In this document: piece by piece, positions 17,251 through 25,263 of the stretch
How positions within the stretch are numbered: position 1 is the stretch's first letter
Layout: each line of letters starts with the position of its first letter
Program-made: the position numbers and the translations under genes
The notes under the pieces: generated by a model
The model's input: only the letters and a program-made list of their open reading frames with translations
Database searches by the model: none
Told to the model about the DNA's origin: nothing
Assembly (NCBI GenBank): GCA_948517135.1
Contig: CAORJJ010000002.1
Span: forward strand, 671 to 61,140
DNA: 60,470 nt
Direction: 5' to 3'
Source: an uncultured Clostridia bacterium
GTDB taxonomy: Bacteria > Bacillota > Clostridia > TANB77 > CAG-508

Positions 17251-18726
17251 TTATTCTTGCATCCAAAATGGAAGTCTTCCATCTTCATGAGAATTTCCAT
17301 GTTGCTCTCTTGGATCCCTATCATCTTTTTCTGTAATCTTCTTTACTCCTGTTGCAATACCAGCAATTGCTACTCCTGTTTCTAGTGCTTTTCCTGCAAC
17401 TCCAATTACATCTTTTGTATCTTCTTTTACTTCTTCAACACCAGCTTTCTCATAAGTACTTTCAGCTTCTCCTTTGGCATCTTGATATATCTCATCTAAA
17501 CTAACTCCAGTTTCTGCTTGTAGGTTTCCAATTTCCATTTTATAAGTATCTTGTATTTCAGCAATTTTAGTTAAATAATCTGCCTGACTATTAAATTCTC
17601 CTGAATTTAGTTGTTCTAATGCTGAATCTCTTTGCATTTTTAAATACTCAACCTTATTTTGTGCATATCTAAGCATATCAATCTCTGTATTACCTTTTTG
17701 AGGATCCATTTCTTGTTTCATTTGTTGATTATTTGAATCTGTATATTCAATATATTGTATATCACTTTTAGTTTTTGTATCATTCACATCTTTTATTGTT
17801 TCAGAACATGCGTGTTCTGGAACTAATTCTTCTGCCACTTCATTAACATTATCTTGTTTTTTTAATAATGTACTTCCATCTGTATTAACAATATACCCAT
17901 CATCTTTATTTAATTCTCCTTCAGCTTTTATAATTAATACAGTTGAGTTTTGCTCTGGTAATTTTTGTCCAAGTAATGCTTCTAGACCTTCTATATCAGT
18001 CATGGCTTTAACACCTTTTATCTTATTTTTATCTGTTATACCTTCTGCTTCCATAAATTTTTCTAATGCTTCTTTACTTGTTCCAACAGTCTTAGCAACT
18101 TCTTCTAAATCAACTTCTTCCTCTTCTGCTTCTTTTGCATTTTGAGGAGCCTCTTTTCCTTTTACCTTTTCTACATCATAATCTTCTTTTTTTACATCAC
18201 CTTTATCTTCAACTTCTTGTTTAGTTGGAACTAAATTTTTCTTTACTATTCCTTCAGATAATTCATCTATATTTTCAGGCACAAACATATCTCCTAATCC
18301 TAAATGTTTTGCTAATCCTTCTGAAGTAAGCATTTTCTGAATTTCTTTTGGATTTTTCATTATTTCGTTTTTTAATCTACCTGATAATACAAAATTAGCT
18401 GATTTACCTTCCTCATCTTTAAGCTCAACTGCCATACTTCTTCCACTCTTATCTACAATCGCCATAACTTCTTGCCCATTTTTTAAAGTTAATGGAATAG
18501 TATAAACCTTTTTTAATTCATCAGAATTCATTAATTCCTCCATGCTTAATTTTACACTTGAAGGCTCTTTTGCTTTTCTAAGTTGTAACTCACAAGCTAG
18601 TGTTCTCATTTTTTCAAATTCTACACCACAATCATCTAAACTTCTAACTCCTATTTCTGTCATACTAAAGTTCATCGCAGCTTTTGCTTTTAATCCGCAT
18701 AATTCAACATAAGATAAATCTGTCAT
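17251..18726 (-). CDS. hypothetical acidic protein
   Basis: 491-aa ORF with an AGGAGG RBS and its own consensus promoter. E/K/D-rich, with a short Gly/Ala-rich hydrophobic stretch near the C-terminus (GVAGKALETGVAIAGIATGV). I recognise no family. Confidence 0.6.
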   Translation of the reverse strand: MTDLSYVELCGLKAKAAMNFSMTEIGVRSLDDCGVEFEKMRTLACELQLRKAKEPSSVKLSMEELMNSDELKKVYTIPLTLKNGQEVMAIVDKSGRSMAVELKDEEGKSANFVLSGRLKNEIMKNPKEIQKMLTSEGLAKHLGLGDMFVPENIDELSEGIVKKNLVPTKQEVEDKGDVKKEDYDVEKVKGKEAPQNAKEAEEEEVDLEEVAKTVGTSKEALEKFMEAEGITDKNKIKGVKAMTDIEGLEALLGQKLPEQNSTVLIIKAEGELNKDDGYIVNTDGSTLLKKQDNVNEVAEELVPEHACSETIKDVNDTKTKSDIQYIEYTDSNNQQMKQEMDPQKGNTEIDMLRYAQNKVEYLKMQRDSALEQLNSGEFNSQADYLTKIAEIQDTYKMEIGNLQAETGVSLDEIYQDAKGEAESTYEKAGVEEVKEDTKDVIGVAGKALETGVAIAGIATGVKKITEKDDRDPREQHGNSHEDGRLPFWMQE

Positions 18727-18764
18727 TTGTTCCTCCTAAATTTCTCTATTTTACAATTAATAAT

Positions 18765-18793
18765 ATTATATAAATATCTTCCAACAATTTCAA
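18765..18793 (-). promoter_or_regulatory. sigma-A type promoter of the 491-aa gene
   Basis: Minus strand TTGAAA (18788-18793), a 17-nt spacer, then TATAAT (18765-18770). Confidence 0.65.
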
Positions 18794-18809
18794 TATTTTT
18801 GATAAAATA

Positions 18810-18840
18810 AATCGTCGAAAATAAAATTTATTCGACGATT
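18810..18840 (-). terminator. rho-independent terminator of the Wzz/BY-kinase gene
   Basis: The AATCGTCGAA/TTCGACGATT 10-bp stem is followed by a T-run on the minus strand. Confidence 0.7.
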
Positions 18841-18846
18841 ATTTTT

Positions 18847-21756
18847 TTACAAATCTTTATTATTTTTAGTCTTCGGATATAAATTATCTACAAGAAGTTC
18901 TTCTTCTATTCTAGCCTCTTCTATTTTTTTCTCTCGCTCTAGTTCTTTCGCCCTTCTTGCCTCTTCACGTTGTCTATTTTTCTCTTCACGTTCTTTTTGC
19001 TTTTTAGCCCTTACTTCCTTTTTTCTTTTTGCATTTTTTTCTCGTTGAATTTTCTTTAAAACTTCTGCTTCTTTTCTTTTTTCTTTTTTTTGCAAGCCAT
19101 TATCATTTAATTCATCTATTACTATTTCAGGAAACTTTAAATTAAAAGTTTCACCTTTTTTTGCATTTAATTCTTCTTCAACTTCTTTAGAAATTTCTTC
19201 AACAGTTTTAACTTTAACTTGCTCAACTCCTATTTTCTTTATTGGATTTATACCTTTTGATTTTTTGTAATACTTTTTACTTTTAGGAAGATTACTTATA
19301 TCTTCATTAATATAATCTTCTTCTGAATAGTTAGATGTATAATTGATTTCTTCAAAACTTTTTTCCTTTTTTTCAATTCCATATAATTTAGCATATTTAC
19401 TCATTGCAATTTTATCTGAAAATCTCATTTTACTTGATTTCCATAACAAATCTATATTATATTCAATTTCTATTTCAGCATTATACAATTCTTCTTTTCT
19501 TAATTTTTTACATCTTTCAATATAACTCTTTCTGCTTTCTCCTTCATTTCTAGGATAATCTTTTGACATACAAAATATATATGATTCAGCTTTATTGGAT
19601 GTCATCTTTTCTTCAAGCCATACATGATCATCATAATCATTTAAAGTTATATATATCATAGGATCTATTCTGCTTACTTGTTTTTTAGTTAATGAATACA
19701 TTAGCATCAAAGCTTCCATTCTTTTATTAACTAAATATGATGAATAATTAGCTTTTATAAAACCATCTGTTGCATCTAATCCTCTTACTAATTTTTCTGT
19801 ATAACAAGTTTTTGAAAATGCTCTACACAATTCATTATTTGCATCTACAATAACTAATACTACATTTTCAGAATCTTTTTTTATTTTTTTTGTTTCAACA
19901 TTATTAATTGATTGTATTTTTTCCTCTTCATTTTCATTAGCTTTTTCTTTTGATGATATTTTTATTTTTTTATAAACCTTTGCAATTTTTATCATGAACT
20001 TTTTATAACTTCTCTTTAATCCTTTTTTTATTGACGAAGTTTCTTTATTCGAAAAACTGTTCACATTTTCTATATCTTTTTCTACATGCTCTTCTTTTAA
20101 ATCTTTTTCTACATGCTCTTCTTTTAAATCTGTTTCTTCAATCACTATAATATCTTGTTCTTCTGAAACTTCTGTTTCTTTTTCATCTATTATATCCTTT
20201 TTTGTTTCAATCAATTCTTCTGTTTCTTCTTTTGTTTCAATATTAGATTCATTTTTTTCTGCTATTTCTTTATTTGTATTATTATCTTCATTTTTACTTA
20301 TTGATGGTATATCAACCACTTTTGTAGCAGTTTCTTCTTTTTCTTCAAATTTTGACTCTTCTAATAATTTTTGTTTTCTGTTTTCTCTTAATTTTAATAT
20401 ATAATTTTTTACTTTCTCTTTTAACTTTTCTAATATTTTATGATTTACTTTTTCTTTAGTTTTTACTTTGTTTAAAATTACACCAATTATTCTTCCACCA
20501 ACATTTTGAATATCTCTTTTTGTCTTCCATAAATCATCTTTTTTGGTTTTCTTTTCATGTGTTACTATTCCTATTGAATTAACTTGTCTTGAAAGAATTA
20601 AAGAATCTATATTATTTAAAATTTGTGGTCCATCTAATATTATTACATCATAAAATACACTTAAATCTTTAAGCATCTCAGCAAGCTTAGGAGAACTTAA
20701 TAGTTCAGATGAATTTGGTGGTACTGTACCTGATGTTATAATATTTAGATTTTTTATATTAGTTTCTTTAATAAAACTATTTATTCTTTCATTTATCTCT
20801 ATACCTGATGAATCTAAATTTGATAAAAAATTAGAAAGTCCAGTTTCATTTGGTATATTAAAAATATTTGATTGTACTCCTGATATTAAATCAGCATCAA
20901 TTAAAATAACCTTTTTGTTTACATTAGCATAACTTACTGCTAAATTTGCTGATACATAACTTTTTCCTTCTTTTTTTGAAGGACTTGTTATTAATATAAT
21001 ATTTTTAGATTTATTATTTACATTTAAAAATTGAATATTTGATCTTAATTGTTTAAATGCTTTATTCGTTAATGTTTTTTGACTTTCAGATTCTATAATT
21101 TTTATATTTGATTCTTTTATTGATGGAATTGAAGCCAAATTTTTCAAAGATAAATTACTTTCTATATCTTTACTATTTTTTACATTTTTCTCGAAATAAA
21201 TTAAAACTATTATATATATAAAATCAATTATTGCACCAATCAATATTGCTATTATTCCAAAGAATACAATTGATATAGTTTTATTAGAATTTACTATGTG
21301 TGATGGATCTACTATATATACTTCTGTATCTTTATACATTGATTTTACTTTATTTGAAAATAGTTCAGTAATTTCATTATTAACTTCTAATGATTCTTCT
21401 TCATTTAATGTCTTTACTCTTATTTGAAAAGTATCTGAATCAGATATTCTTTTTACCACAATACTTCTTTTATTTATTTGTGAATTTATAGTTATTCTTT
21501 CTTTTACTTTTTCTATGCTAGAATCGCTTTTAATTAACTCTTCTAAAGTTGATATTAAATTATTGGTTAATTCAACATTTCCAGTATTTTCTATTCTTCC
21601 ATCTGCTTCTTGAACTTTTATTAACATTACAGAAGTTGAAGAGATAAAAGTTTGGGGTACAAAAATTACTGCATACATAATTCCTATTAACATACAGATT
21701 AAAATAACACCAAAAATATATATTTTATTTTGCTCTAATTTCTCTAAAAATAACAT
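18847..21756 (-). CDS. fused Wzz-type chain-length-determinant / BY-kinase (CpsC-CpsD-like) protein with a long uncharacterised C-terminal extension
   Basis: 969 aa. N-terminal TM, a periplasmic-type region and a second TM (FFGIIAILIGAIIDFIYIIVLIYF). P-loop ATPase motifs are SPSKKEGKS (Walker A), VILIDADL (A') and DVIILDGP (B). These are followed by about 500 aa of E/K-rich sequence, an unknown globular region and a K/R/E tail. Confidence 0.75.
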   Translation of the reverse strand: MLFLEKLEQNKIYIFGVILICMLIGIMYAVIFVPQTFISSTSVMLIKVQEADGRIENTGNVELTNNLISTLEELIKSDSSIEKVKERITINSQINKRSIVVKRISDSDTFQIRVKTLNEEESLEVNNEITELFSNKVKSMYKDTEVYIVDPSHIVNSNKTISIVFFGIIAILIGAIIDFIYIIVLIYFEKNVKNSKDIESNLSLKNLASIPSIKESNIKIIESESQKTLTNKAFKQLRSNIQFLNVNNKSKNIILITSPSKKEGKSYVSANLAVSYANVNKKVILIDADLISGVQSNIFNIPNETGLSNFLSNLDSSGIEINERINSFIKETNIKNLNIITSGTVPPNSSELLSSPKLAEMLKDLSVFYDVIILDGPQILNNIDSLILSRQVNSIGIVTHEKKTKKDDLWKTKRDIQNVGGRIIGVILNKVKTKEKVNHKILEKLKEKVKNYILKLRENRKQKLLEESKFEEKEETATKVVDIPSISKNEDNNTNKEIAEKNESNIETKEETEELIETKKDIIDEKETEVSEEQDIIVIEETDLKEEHVEKDLKEEHVEKDIENVNSFSNKETSSIKKGLKRSYKKFMIKIAKVYKKIKISSKEKANENEEEKIQSINNVETKKIKKDSENVVLVIVDANNELCRAFSKTCYTEKLVRGLDATDGFIKANYSSYLVNKRMEALMLMYSLTKKQVSRIDPMIYITLNDYDDHVWLEEKMTSNKAESYIFCMSKDYPRNEGESRKSYIERCKKLRKEELYNAEIEIEYNIDLLWKSSKMRFSDKIAMSKYAKLYGIEKKEKSFEEINYTSNYSEEDYINEDISNLPKSKKYYKKSKGINPIKKIGVEQVKVKTVEEISKEVEEELNAKKGETFNLKFPEIVIDELNDNGLQKKEKRKEAEVLKKIQREKNAKRKKEVRAKKQKEREEKNRQREEARRAKELEREKKIEEARIEEELLVDNLYPKTKNNKDL
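20074..20127. repeat. perfect 27-bp tandem duplication within the BY-kinase fusion gene
   Basis: ATCTTTTTCTACATGCTCTTCTTTTAA occurs twice back to back (20074-20100 and 20101-20127). It is in frame and encodes LKEEHVEKD twice. Confidence 0.9.
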
Positions 21757-21778
21757 AATATTTCCTCACTAAACAAAA

Positions 21779-21811
21779 AAGATACAAAGAGAGCTCACTC
21801 ATTTGTATCTT
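21779..21811 (-). promoter_or_regulatory. terminator-like hairpin in the 5' leader of the BY-kinase fusion gene
   Basis: AAGATACAAA (21779-21788) pairs with TTTGTATCTT (21802-21811), followed on the minus strand by TTTTTG and then the GAGG RBS. It lies between the promoter (21831-21859) and the start codon (21756). Confidence 0.45.
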
Positions 21812-21830
21812 TAGTAAAATATTCTTTGAG

Positions 21831-21859
21831 ATTATATCAAATTTTCCAAACAATTTCAA
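21831..21859 (-). promoter_or_regulatory. sigma-A type promoter of the BY-kinase fusion gene
   Basis: Minus strand TTGAAA (21854-21859), a 17-nt spacer, then TATAAT (21831-21836). It shares TATTGAAATTGTT with the promoter at 18765-18793. Confidence 0.65.
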
Positions 21860-21899
21860 TACTTTCAAGATATTTATTAAACTTTTATAAAACAAAAAA

Positions 21900-21918
21900 G
21901 CACACTATATAAGTGTGC
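21900..21918 (-). terminator. rho-independent terminator of the small surface protein gene
   Basis: The GCACAC/GTGTGC stem is followed by a T6 run on the minus strand. Confidence 0.7.
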
Positions 21919-21932
21919 CTTGTTATTTAAAA

Positions 21933-22349
21933 TTAAATATTATAATCAGAAACCTTTTTATAAGCATAAACAGCTGAAGCTACAAGAGCTACTACAATAA
22001 ATACTACAGTTCCATTTGTTCCAGCATAAGGTAATTTACTTTTCTTTGTGCTGTTTGTTGAAGTATTAGATTCATTCTTATTTGTGCTATTAGAATTTGT
22101 ATTAGTATTGTTACTAGCTTTATTTGTATTTCCTGCTTTATTATTTGCAGAATTCTTTGTCGCACCTTGTTCCTCTGTTGCCTTAGTATTATCTGTTGCT
22201 TCGTTTGTTAAAGCTGAATTTGTACTAGAATTTCCAGGTTTTATTGTAACAGCTGGTGTTGTTGCTAAAGAATTAACATTACAAACAAGTGATACTGTTA
22301 CTAAAACAATGATTAAACTAACTAATAATTTTACTTTTCTTAATTTCAT
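21933..22349 (-). CDS. small secreted N/T/S-rich protein with an LPxAG-like C-terminal anchor
   Basis: 138 aa. Signal peptide is MKLRKVKLLVSLIIVLVTVSLV, followed by a low-complexity N/T/S/K region. The C-terminus has LPYAGT, a hydrophobic helix and KKVSDYNI. Confidence 0.7.
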   Translation of the reverse strand: MKLRKVKLLVSLIIVLVTVSLVCNVNSLATTPAVTIKPGNSSTNSALTNEATDNTKATEEQGATKNSANNKAGNTNKASNNTNTNSNSTNKNESNTSTNSTKKSKLPYAGTNGTVVFIVVALVASAVYAYKKVSDYNI

Positions 22350-22386
22350 CTTTCTTCCATCTCCCTATTACTTAACATCTGTTCAT

Positions 22387-22416
22387 ATTATAACACATAC
22401 AAAATTTTTAATGCAA
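22387..22416 (-). promoter_or_regulatory. promoter of the small surface protein gene
   Basis: Minus strand TTGCAT, an 18-nt spacer, then TATAAT with an extended TG. An A8 tract lies upstream. Confidence 0.55.
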
Positions 22417-22457
22417 GTTTTTTTTACATTTTTTTCATTTGTAATACTAATGTAATA

Positions 22458-23555
22458 TTAAACATTAAATCTAAATAAAACAATATCTCCCTCTTGCATT
22501 ATATATTCTTTACCTTCTTGTCTAACTAATCCTTTTTCCTTTGCTTGTACCATTGAACAATTAGCTTTATTTATTAAATCATCAAAAGAAATAACTTCTG
22601 CTTTTATAAATCCTCTTTCTATATCTGAATGGATTTTTCCAGCTGCTTGTGGAGCTTTTGTTCCAATTTTTATTGTCCAAGCTCTAACTTCAGGTTCTCC
22701 TGCAGTTAAAAATGACATTAATCCTAATAATTTATAACTTGCTTTGATTAATTTATCTAATCCAGATTCTTCTAATCCAAGTGCTTCTAACATTTCAGTT
22801 TTATCTTCTTTTTCTAATGTGCTTAATTCTTCTTCAATTTTTACACATAAAGGAATTACATCTGCACCTTCTTGCTTTGCATATTCTATAACTCTTTTTA
22901 CATTTTCATTATCTTGTGGATTTTCTAATTCATTTTCTGAAACATTTGCAACATATAATGTTGGTTTCATTGTTAATAAAAATCTTTCTCTTAAAACATC
23001 TTTTTCTTCATCAGAATATTCTAATGTTCTTGCACATCTTCCTTCTTCTAATGTTACTTTAACTTTTTCTAAAGTATCAATTTCAAATTGATATTTTTTA
23101 TCTGCTTTTAAAAGTTTCTTAGCTCTTTCTAATCTTTTTTCTATTGTTTCCAAATCAGCAAAAATTAATTCAAGATTTATTGTTTCAATATCACGAATTG
23201 GATCTATACTTCCATCAACATGAACTATATTTGAATTTTCAAAACATCTAACAACTTGAACTACACTATCTACTTCACGAATATGTGACAAAAATTTATT
23301 TCCTAAACCTTCTCCTTTGCTTGCTCCTTTTACAAGTCCTGCTATATCAACAAATTCTACAACTGCATTTGTAACTTTTTCTGGATTATAAATTTCTGCT
23401 AATTTATCAATTCTTTCATCTGGAACAGCAACAACACCTACATTAGGTTCTATTGTACAAAAAGGATAATTTGCACATTCTGCACCAGCTTTTGTTATAC
23501 TATTAAATAAAGTACTTTTTCCAACATTTGGAAGTCCTACTATTCCTATTTTCAT
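22458..23555 (-). CDS. ychF: redox-regulated ATPase YchF
   Basis: The canonical N-terminus MKIGIVGLPNVGKSTLFN follows a GGAGG RBS. The track ORF starts 4 codons earlier with no RBS. The YchF-type C-terminal domain is present. Confidence 0.92.
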   Translation of the reverse strand: MKIGIVGLPNVGKSTLFNSITKAGAECANYPFCTIEPNVGVVAVPDERIDKLAEIYNPEKVTNAVVEFVDIAGLVKGASKGEGLGNKFLSHIREVDSVVQVVRCFENSNIVHVDGSIDPIRDIETINLELIFADLETIEKRLERAKKLLKADKKYQFEIDTLEKVKVTLEEGRCARTLEYSDEEKDVLRERFLLTMKPTLYVANVSENELENPQDNENVKRVIEYAKQEGADVIPLCVKIEEELSTLEKEDKTEMLEALGLEESGLDKLIKASYKLLGLMSFLTAGEPEVRAWTIKIGTKAPQAAGKIHSDIERGFIKAEVISFDDLINKANCSMVQAKEKGLVRQEGKEYIMQEGDIVLFRFNV

Positions 23556-23575
23556 TTTTTCCTCCATAAATAAGT

Positions 23576-23692
23576 TTGGAGCCCACTAGCGGACTTGGCG
23601 AGCCGCGTCCTAAAAACAGTCTACTAGACTGTTTTTGCCTCATTATATGGAGGCCGTCCTTTTCAAGTCCGTTAATGTTCTCATTATAATCT
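23576..23692 (-). other. tRNA-Thr 3'-end duplicate plus a structured 94-nt insert (tRNA remnant or att-like scar)
   Basis: The 22 nt at 23576-23597 are identical to 23692-23713, which is the T-loop to CCA portion of tRNA-Thr. No 5' acceptor or anticodon arm is present. The intervening RNA has a 12-bp perfect hairpin (23612-23636) and a GCCTC/GAGGC hairpin. CGGACTTG pairs with CAAGTCCG of the duplicate. Confidence 0.6.
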
Positions 23693-23768
<76 letters not shown>

Positions 23769-23786
23769 ATAATTTGTAACAGAACT

Positions 23787-23815
23787 AGTATAACATTATT
23801 ATATATTTTTTTCAA
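23787..23815 (-). promoter_or_regulatory. promoter of tRNA-Thr
   Basis: Minus strand TTGAAA (23810-23815), a 17-nt spacer, then TATACT (23787-23792), about 19 nt upstream of the tRNA 5' end. Confidence 0.6.
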
Positions 23816-23837
23816 CATCTAATTATTAAATTAATTG

Positions 23838-23869
23838 CAAAAACGTCACAGTTTAACTGTGACGTTTTC
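23838..23869 (-). terminator. rho-independent terminator of the 173-aa orphan gene
   Basis: ACGTCACAG (23843-23851) pairs with CTGTGACGT (23857-23865), followed by a T-run on the minus strand. Confidence 0.75.
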
Positions 23870-23879
23870 TCTTTTTTCC

Positions 23880-24401
23880 TTATTTAAGGAATGTTATTAC
23901 ATGCACTTTCTGTACTTCTTCTTTTCTGAAATCCAATTCAAAAACATTTTTGGGCAATTCTTCAATGTTAAGCCAGTCAAGACTATATGCTCCACTATCT
24001 TCTCCTGTAATCTTATTAAATGGTTTCACATAGTATTCCTTCTCAGATGAAAACATTGTGTAACCAACATTTTCCTGTGAGCCAAATAAAATCACTGATT
24101 TGTTAAACGCTCTGGGAAAAGTAGTATTGGCACTTATTCGCTGAACTCTACGTATTTTTCCAGTCATGACATCTAAAATGTAATATACTTGTTTTATATA
24201 CTGTGTGTGGTCTTTGTGATATATGGCATATTCTGAAACACGAACTGTTCCAATAGAAAATCCAACTTCGATTTCATTATTATTACGTGCCAGTATTTTA
24301 AAGTTTCTTAAACCATTACCTTTTTCACAGACAATAAGCACTTTAGAATGACCATATGTTTCTATCTTTTCTTTCCGATAATACCAGTACATATTGTACA
24401 C
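23880..24401 (-). CDS. hypothetical protein (orphan, compositionally distinct)
   Basis: 173-aa ORF with an AGGAGG RBS, its own consensus promoter and a GC-rich terminator. GC is visibly higher than in the neighbours. I recognise no motif. Confidence 0.6.
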   Translation of the reverse strand: MYNMYWYYRKEKIETYGHSKVLIVCEKGNGLRNFKILARNNNEIEVGFSIGTVRVSEYAIYHKDHTQYIKQVYYILDVMTGKIRRVQRISANTTFPRAFNKSVILFGSQENVGYTMFSSEKEYYVKPFNKITGEDSGAYSLDWLNIEELPKNVFELDFRKEEVQKVHVITFLK

Positions 24402-24422
24402 CTCCTGTATTTTTATTTTTTA

Positions 24423-24451
24423 ATTATATACTGTTTTTTAAATTATGTCAA
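24423..24451 (-). promoter_or_regulatory. consensus promoter of the 173-aa orphan gene
   Basis: Minus strand TTGACA (24446-24451), a 17-nt spacer, then TATAAT (24423-24428). Confidence 0.65.
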
Positions 24452-24473
24452 CTTAAAAATGGATTAATTATAA

Positions 24474-24512
24474 AAGAGTAAAACTTTAAAAAAATTCTAA
24501 AGTTTTACTCTT
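24474..24512 (-). terminator. sigH terminator (15-bp perfect stem overlapping the stop codon)
   Basis: AAGAGTAAAACTTTA (24474-24488) pairs with TAAAGTTTTACTCTT (24498-24512). Confidence 0.65.
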
Positions 24513-25143
24513 CATTACTTAAACATTTTATTGCTTTTTTTCTTATTCTTTGTATTGCATTATCTATTGCTTTTACAGGAGAATCTAGTTTATTTGCTAT
24601 ATCTATATAGCTTTCTCCTTGAATATATCTATTTAATACTTTCTTTTCAAAAGAACTTAGATTTTGATCTATTTTACTTTCTAAAAATTCTCTATATTCT
24701 CTTTTAGTTATTGTTTCTAAAGGATCTTCTACAATATTAGCATCTAAAATATCTATGACTTCTGTATCTTCATTTTCATTATATGCTGTAATATTTAGTG
24801 AAAAATATGAATTTAAAGGCATATGTTTTTGCCTATTAGAAGTTTTTATAGCTGTAATTAATTGTCTTTCAATACATAAATTTGCAAAAGTTTTAAAAGA
24901 AATGTTTTTTTCTAAATCAAATGATTGTATTGCTTTAAAAAGCCCAATCATACCTTCTTGAATCATATCATCACTTTCTGCTCCTATTAGGAAAAAACGA
25001 TTTGACTTCATTGTAACTATATTTCTATATTTTTCCAATAAGTAATCTTGCGCATCAACATCACCTAATCTAATTTTATTAATTAGGTCTTCATCTGATA
25101 AGTTTTCATATTTATTGTTAAAGGTGTATGCGTTTGTGTACAT
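24505..25143 (-). CDS. sigH: RNA polymerase sigma factor SigH-like
   Basis: Region 2 reads DDMIQEGMIGLFKAIQSFDLEKNISFKTFANLCIERQLITAIKTSNRQKHMPLNSY, close to Bacillus SigH as I recall it. Start set at MYTNAYTF (ATG 25143). The hydrophobic N-terminal extension in the track ORF overlaps the promoter. Confidence 0.85.
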   Translation of the reverse strand: MYTNAYTFNNKYENLSDEDLINKIRLGDVDAQDYLLEKYRNIVTMKSNRFFLIGAESDDMIQEGMIGLFKAIQSFDLEKNISFKTFANLCIERQLITAIKTSNRQKHMPLNSYFSLNITAYNENEDTEVIDILDANIVEDPLETITKREYREFLESKIDQNLSSFEKKVLNRYIQGESYIDIANKLDSPVKAIDNAIQRIRKKAIKCLSNEE

Positions 25144-25183
25144 ATTTGTCCTATTTGACCTCCTAAAAATGCTTTGTAAAGCT

Positions 25184-25212
25184 ATTATATGTGCATTAAT
25201 TAATAAAGTCAA
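25184..25212 (-). promoter_or_regulatory. promoter of sigH
   Basis: Minus strand TTGACT (25207-25212), a 17-nt spacer, then TATAAT (25184-25189). Confidence 0.6.
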
Positions 25213-25242
25213 TACTAAAAATATTAATTTAGATAAAAAAAA

Positions 25243-25259
25243 GTAGAGCAATGCTCTAC
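25243..25259 (-). terminator. rny terminator
   Basis: The GTAGAGC/GCTCTAC stem is flanked by an A8 run and a T-run. Confidence 0.7.
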
Positions 25260-25263
25260 TTTT

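Noticed and set aside
17232-17324. N-terminal extensions of track ORFs (metG here; also sigH to 25251, rpsO to 39441, coaE to 47351, spoIIP to 51265, ychF to 23567, ABC ATPase to 30332)
   Set aside because: The extensions start at TTG or GTG, or overlap upstream genes or promoters. A canonical N-terminus preceded by a Shine-Dalgarno lies downstream in each case.
18765-21859. A shared operator in the two promoters carrying TATTGAAATTGTT
   Set aside because: Much of the identity is the -35 consensus itself plus AT-rich flanks, and the spacers do not align without a gap. It is mentioned only as a weak hint.
23577-23691. A possible second complete tRNA or tmRNA-like gene
   Set aside because: Only the last 22 nt match a tRNA. 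There is no complementary 5' acceptor strand, D arm or anticodon arm, and it is far too short for tmRNA. It is kept as a remnant or structured insert instead.
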